A DNA stretch of 64,000 nt from Piromyces finnis finn (lineage: Eukaryota; Fungi; Neocallimastigomycota): NCBI GenBank assembly GCA_002104945.1, contig MCFH01000024.1, positions 558,001 through 622,000 of the forward strand, in the 5' to 3' direction. The translations under genes and the position numbers were made by a program. Below the pieces are notes generated by a model that worked only from the letters and a program-made list of their open reading frames with translations, had not been told where the DNA came from and did not search any database. Shown here piece after piece: positions 58,955 through 64,000 of the stretch (position 1 is the first letter of the stretch; every line of letters starts with the position of its first letter).

Positions 58955-61900
58955 CTATTTTTCATTATCACTATGATCAGAATTTAATCTTTGCATATAT
59001 CTAATGTGATGAAAAGAAGATGATACTGATGTGGAACTAGTAGAAGGCGAAACAGGAACTCTATGGGATATAGAAGTTGAAGAAGACGAAGAAACATCTA
59101 CAGACATAGGATCTAAATTATAATTAGATTCCATATTATTTTCAGTGATAGTATCCGGCGGTGATGTTATTTTATCTTTTTGAATATCTTCCATGGGATC
59201 TATATTCATTTTATCATGATTTTCAGATGAATGATTTTCATTTGTAACTGAGGAAGAAGAATATGATGTTTCATCCTGGTTTTTATTTTCTGAATTTGCT
59301 ATTCTTTTTTTAATTTCATTTAATTGAATTGCTTTTTTTTTTTAAAAAAAAAATATATATATAATTTTAAAGTAATGAATAATTAATAAAATATATATTT
59401 TATTTTTTTTTTTTTTTATTTATTTAAAAAATTTATTTTATATATATTATATAATATAATAGTATTCCTACCTGCTGAATTTAATTGATAATCCGCTAAT
59501 AAAATTTTATAATGGGTCAAGGTTAAATTTGCTTTGTAAAGTTTCACAAGTTTACTCAATAATTCTTGTGACTTAATCTTATTTTCTTTTATTTTATTAA
59601 TAGTATCCTCTTTTTCTTTTAATTTTTTTTCATATAATAATTTAAGTTGTTCATTGTCAATATTACTCTCTTTTTTTCCTTTCTCATTCATTGATTCATC
59701 CTCATCAATAACAATCTCTTCTGGAATCTCTTCATCAATAATATCTTCTTCCGTTCCATTTTTCCCTTTATTTTTATTACTGAAATCTTCTCTATTGTTG
59801 TCATTCGCTTGAATGTATTCAACCTCGACTTCTTCTTCTATAATCTCTTCTTCCCCTTCTTCTCCAATCATATGATAATTATCATAATCAGTATCATGAT
59901 ATGAAATTTCTTCTTCAATATCATCATCTTTTTCTTTATCATTATTATTATTACTATTTTCATCTTCTTCATCATCATCATCTTCTTCATTATCAATTCT
60001 AATGATTTCTTCATCTTCACTATTTATAATATCTTCTCCTTGATAATCTCTGTAATCAGAATTAATAGATGATACTGATGTAGATGCATACGAATTCGAG
60101 GAACAACTCTCAAAATCATTAGAATATGAAGTTTTTATGATATAATTTTCATCATTATCATTCAAGGCTTCATGCCCTGCAACTTCATATAGTGATCCTG
60201 TTTCATATAATTCATTATCTTTTTTTTCATGATCTACCACCATCATTTCATTATCTGATCTGAATTGGTCATTTTCTACTTGCATGGAGGATTTTTGATC
60301 AGATGAAGTTGGTGAAATATTAGTCACGGAATCAAAATATTCATATTGACTACTGGAAGATGAAGAAGAAGAAACAGCTTTTTCCTCATCAGAAGTAATT
60401 ATATCTTCTTTATCAGTGTTATTAGGAACATTAGTTTGCATTGATGGGTTTAATCCGTTTAATTTCGAAGCCTTAGCTGTAACAATTGCTAAATCTTGTT
60501 TTAAAAAATTGATAAATTCTTTGGTAAACTCCTTAAAAAAGTCTTCATTCCATTCTAATACAATATCTAAATATTTAATTAACTCAGTAACGCTCGATCG
60601 AGTCCAATCAATAGTAAAACATTTTATGAAAAGTGATGAACACAATACAGATTCTTCAACTATTATACTAGCTAATAATATATAAATATTTGATTTATTC
60701 CAAAAATTAGCTAAATCTTCATCATTTTTTTTCTCTGTTGTCTCATTATCAACATGATTATCATTTGTTGATGTTTCATTGATAGTAGAATCAACTTGAC
60801 TTGGAATTTCACTAGTATTTGTATTTGTATCATTTGTAGAGGCAATAGTTGATTCAGCTGTGGATGATTGAACATTTTCAGTCTTATTATTACTATCTTT
60901 GTCACTTGTATCTAATGTTTAATTCATATAAATTATAATACAATAAATAATAATAAATTATTTTAATTATTAGTTACAAAATTGATTCTTTTTTTTTTCA
61001 TTATAATATTTTCAAGAATAGTATTACTTTTGAAATTTGGCCATTCTTGAATGAAATGTTTTAAAGCTAATGCAGTTAAATCAGGAGACCAATCTCTAAA
61101 TATATATTTAAAAAGTTTTGATATACTTTGAATACTCCATCCATATGTTAACCACAATAGCCCATTAACTAACTATGTAATATAAGGTTTATGAATATTT
61201 TTTGCATAATTATTAAGTCAATAGTATAATAAATTATTTATTAATATAAAGATTAAAATATATTATTAATATAAATAAAATCTATAATTATTATAATAAT
61301 GTAATATCTTTGAATTCCTAATATTACTACTTACATTGCAAATTTTATATTCTTTAATTAAAGGAATTAAATGTCTAGCGATACATTTTTTATTTTTCTC
61401 ATCTTTAACGTATTCATAAAACTTTGCTGAATAAAGTTTATCCTTTTGATAGCATAATTAAATTTATATATATAATATTAGAACATTAATATAGATTATA
61501 AAATATTTTAATTCTATGACTATTATATAATAAATCATTTTTTTTTTATATTTATTAATATTATTAAAAATATATACCATAGCTCTCATGGTAAAATCAG
61601 CATCAAAATATGAATACTTTTTAGTCCAATCTTTCTTAGGAATTTGTAACGATTTATTTTTAGCGTTATTTTTTATTTGTTGAATATTATTAAGAAAGGT
61701 GGAAGATGAAAAAGTATTTTTGGAATCAATCGATTTAGTATCATAATAATTTTCATTATCTTCTTCTTTTTCATTAATACTATTACTGATATTACTATTA
61801 TTGTCATTGTCATTTGATATATTCATTTCTTTATCATCATTAATATTAAATGGTTTATTGTTTTCATGATTTGGGGAAAGAGATGATGATGCCTCAGAAG

Positions 61901-63109
61901 AATTTGATTCCAATGAACAATTACTATTATTTTTTGATTCATCTTTTACAAAACCTTTATTTAACGGTTTGGTTTGACTTTAAATAAATAATATTTCATG
62001 CCCCCCAAAAGTTCAATGATATTTTTAATAATATCAGTTTAAATGTATATAATAATAATAATATTTATATATATAAGATTTAAAAAGGAAAATGACTAAA
62101 AATTATAAATTTATTAATAATAATATATATAAAAAAAAAAGAATATTATACCATGAATTTAATGAGATATCTGAACTACTGGTACTTGTAGGACTACTTT
62201 CTTCACTATTAATAGGTTGTAATAATAATGTAGCAGAAGATGATCGATAAATTGTTTGAGAATTTTGTCTACTTACTGATATTCTATTTGGTGTACCATT
62301 ATCAGCAGCTGTTAATATTACAAATGATTTTAATATAATAAAAAAAATGATATAAAATATTAAATAACTAATTTATTTATTTCCAATTTTCAATAGAATA
62401 TTTAAAATATTTTTTTAAAAAAAAAAAATTACATCGATTAATAGATTGGTTAATTGCTTCATGAATATTTTGTGTGGAAAGAGTATTAGTAAGATTTTGA
62501 GAAGATAATGATGCTGCTAATGTAACTTGTTCAGGAATATTAGTTGTGTTGGTAATATTAGTTTGATTAGATAAAGCACTAATGATATTTTCTGCATTAT
62601 TATTTGTTCTATACACCGGATTATGAAATGACTGTGGAATATATTGTTTTCTGAAAACTTCTTCTGGTATATATTTTTCTTCCTCTTCTATACTATTTTC
62701 ATCATCATTTATATTTATTGAAGTGGTATAAAATATTTCTTTATCATTTTTTTCTTTATTTTACATTGAGGTTGCCATTTCAATTTAACAATATAATGAA
62801 TATTTATTATTGTGAAAAAAAAAAATTTTTTTTATTTCATTGATTCATTAATACATAAAATATCAAAAAGAAAATAAAAAAAAGTTTTAAAATATTTTAT
62901 CTAATATAATATATATTAATATATAATTCATATATAATATTATTTTCGTTTCTTTTTTTGTTTTTTGTTTTTTGTTTTTTACCTGATATATTATCAATTT
63001 CTGTTAAAATATCTTTCGATGTCTTTTGAAATAATTCATAAGATAAATTTAATTTATCTTTATTTAATTTACTTGCAACTCTTTCAATACTAACTCTTTC
63101 AAACTTCAT
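58955..63109 (-). CDS. Multi-exon hypothetical protein with acidic/Ser-rich disordered tracts and a Trp-periodic helical segment
   Basis: Chain of minus-strand ORFs (62897-63109, 62377-62616, 61464-61913, 60963-61157, 59416-60645, 58955-59209) separated by AT-rich GT-AG introns (e.g. TGC AAT|GTAAGT ~61335, AAA A|GTAATA ~61028). Exact exon set and start are uncertain. Confidence 0.6.
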
Positions 63110-64000
63110 GATAATTTTTTTAGTTTAAAGCTTATTTTAATATTTTTCAAAAAGCAACAAATAATTTAAAAATATTCAATTATTTTAGTTTTTCTAAAAG
63201 AATATCGATAATTATATTTATGTTTATTTGGATGAAGATATAATATCCTTTTTCATAAAAAAAAAAAAAAAAAGTTTTCCAAAATTGATACTGATATTAT
63301 TATATATTGAATGATAGTAATAGTTATATTGAGTTTTTATTTAATTATTTTCATAAAAGAAAAAGTTATTAGGATAGTAATTAAATCCAAAATAAAAATA
63401 AATCCATTAAATTTTATTTATTTATTAAATGATATTATATTAAAAAAAAAAAAAAAAAAAAAATATTAATAATAAAATAAAATCTTTGGTTTTATTTATG
63501 TTATTATTAGATTTAACTATTTTTATATAAAAAAAAATGTGTATTTTTATTAATGAATGACTATTTATTTCATTTATTTATTTATTAAATGTATAATCCA
63601 AAAAAAAAAAAATATCTTATTAATATCAATATTCATATTAAATACATTTCTAAATATTAATTAATTATATAATTTGAAATAAAAATTAATATTATAATTA
63701 ATAAAAATTATTTTTATAAAAAAAAAAAAGAAAAAGAAAAAGAAAAAAAAATGCTCAATGGACGACATCAGATTATTATTTAATTATTTGAGATAAATTT
63801 TATATTATAATAAAAAATAGATATATAATCCATAATATGAAATAGAAATATGTAATTCATATTTTAATATTATTATTTTTAGATTGAATGATTTTTAAAT
63901 AAAAATAAATATTATAAAGAATTATCTTAAAATATATTATCCACAATTTTCTTTTTTCATTTTTTTATATATATATATATAAAATAATATTTAATAATAT

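Overview
Extremely AT-rich, intron-containing eukaryotic genomic DNA. The fungal dockerins, a dockerin-bearing CotH protein and a long intronless ankyrin gene point strongly to an anaerobic gut fungus (Neocallimastigomycota). Eleven protein-coding genes can be assembled by hand from GT-AG splice sites: a truncated unknown gene at the left edge; a secreted CotH kinase with two dockerins and a Pro/Tyr repeat tail; an intronless aldo-keto reductase; a ~1557-aa Asn/Met prion-like protein; an RDS2/AcuM-type Zn2Cys6-PAS transcription factor; an ankyrin-repeat protein; a FYVE protein; a HAD phosphatase; exportin CRM1/XPO1 (17 exons); a TCP11/Sok1-family protein; and an unknown multi-exon gene. The least explained feature is a 486-bp, ~40% GC, ORF-less island at 10397-10882. 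It is bracketed by a perfect 16-bp direct repeat, ends in an A-rich tail, is dense in hairpins (two GNRA-capped) and contains an intron-like segment, so it looks like a retroposed or mobile structured RNA of unrecognised type. No CRISPR array, tRNA or rRNA gene was seen. All exon models and RNA folds were read by eye, not computed.
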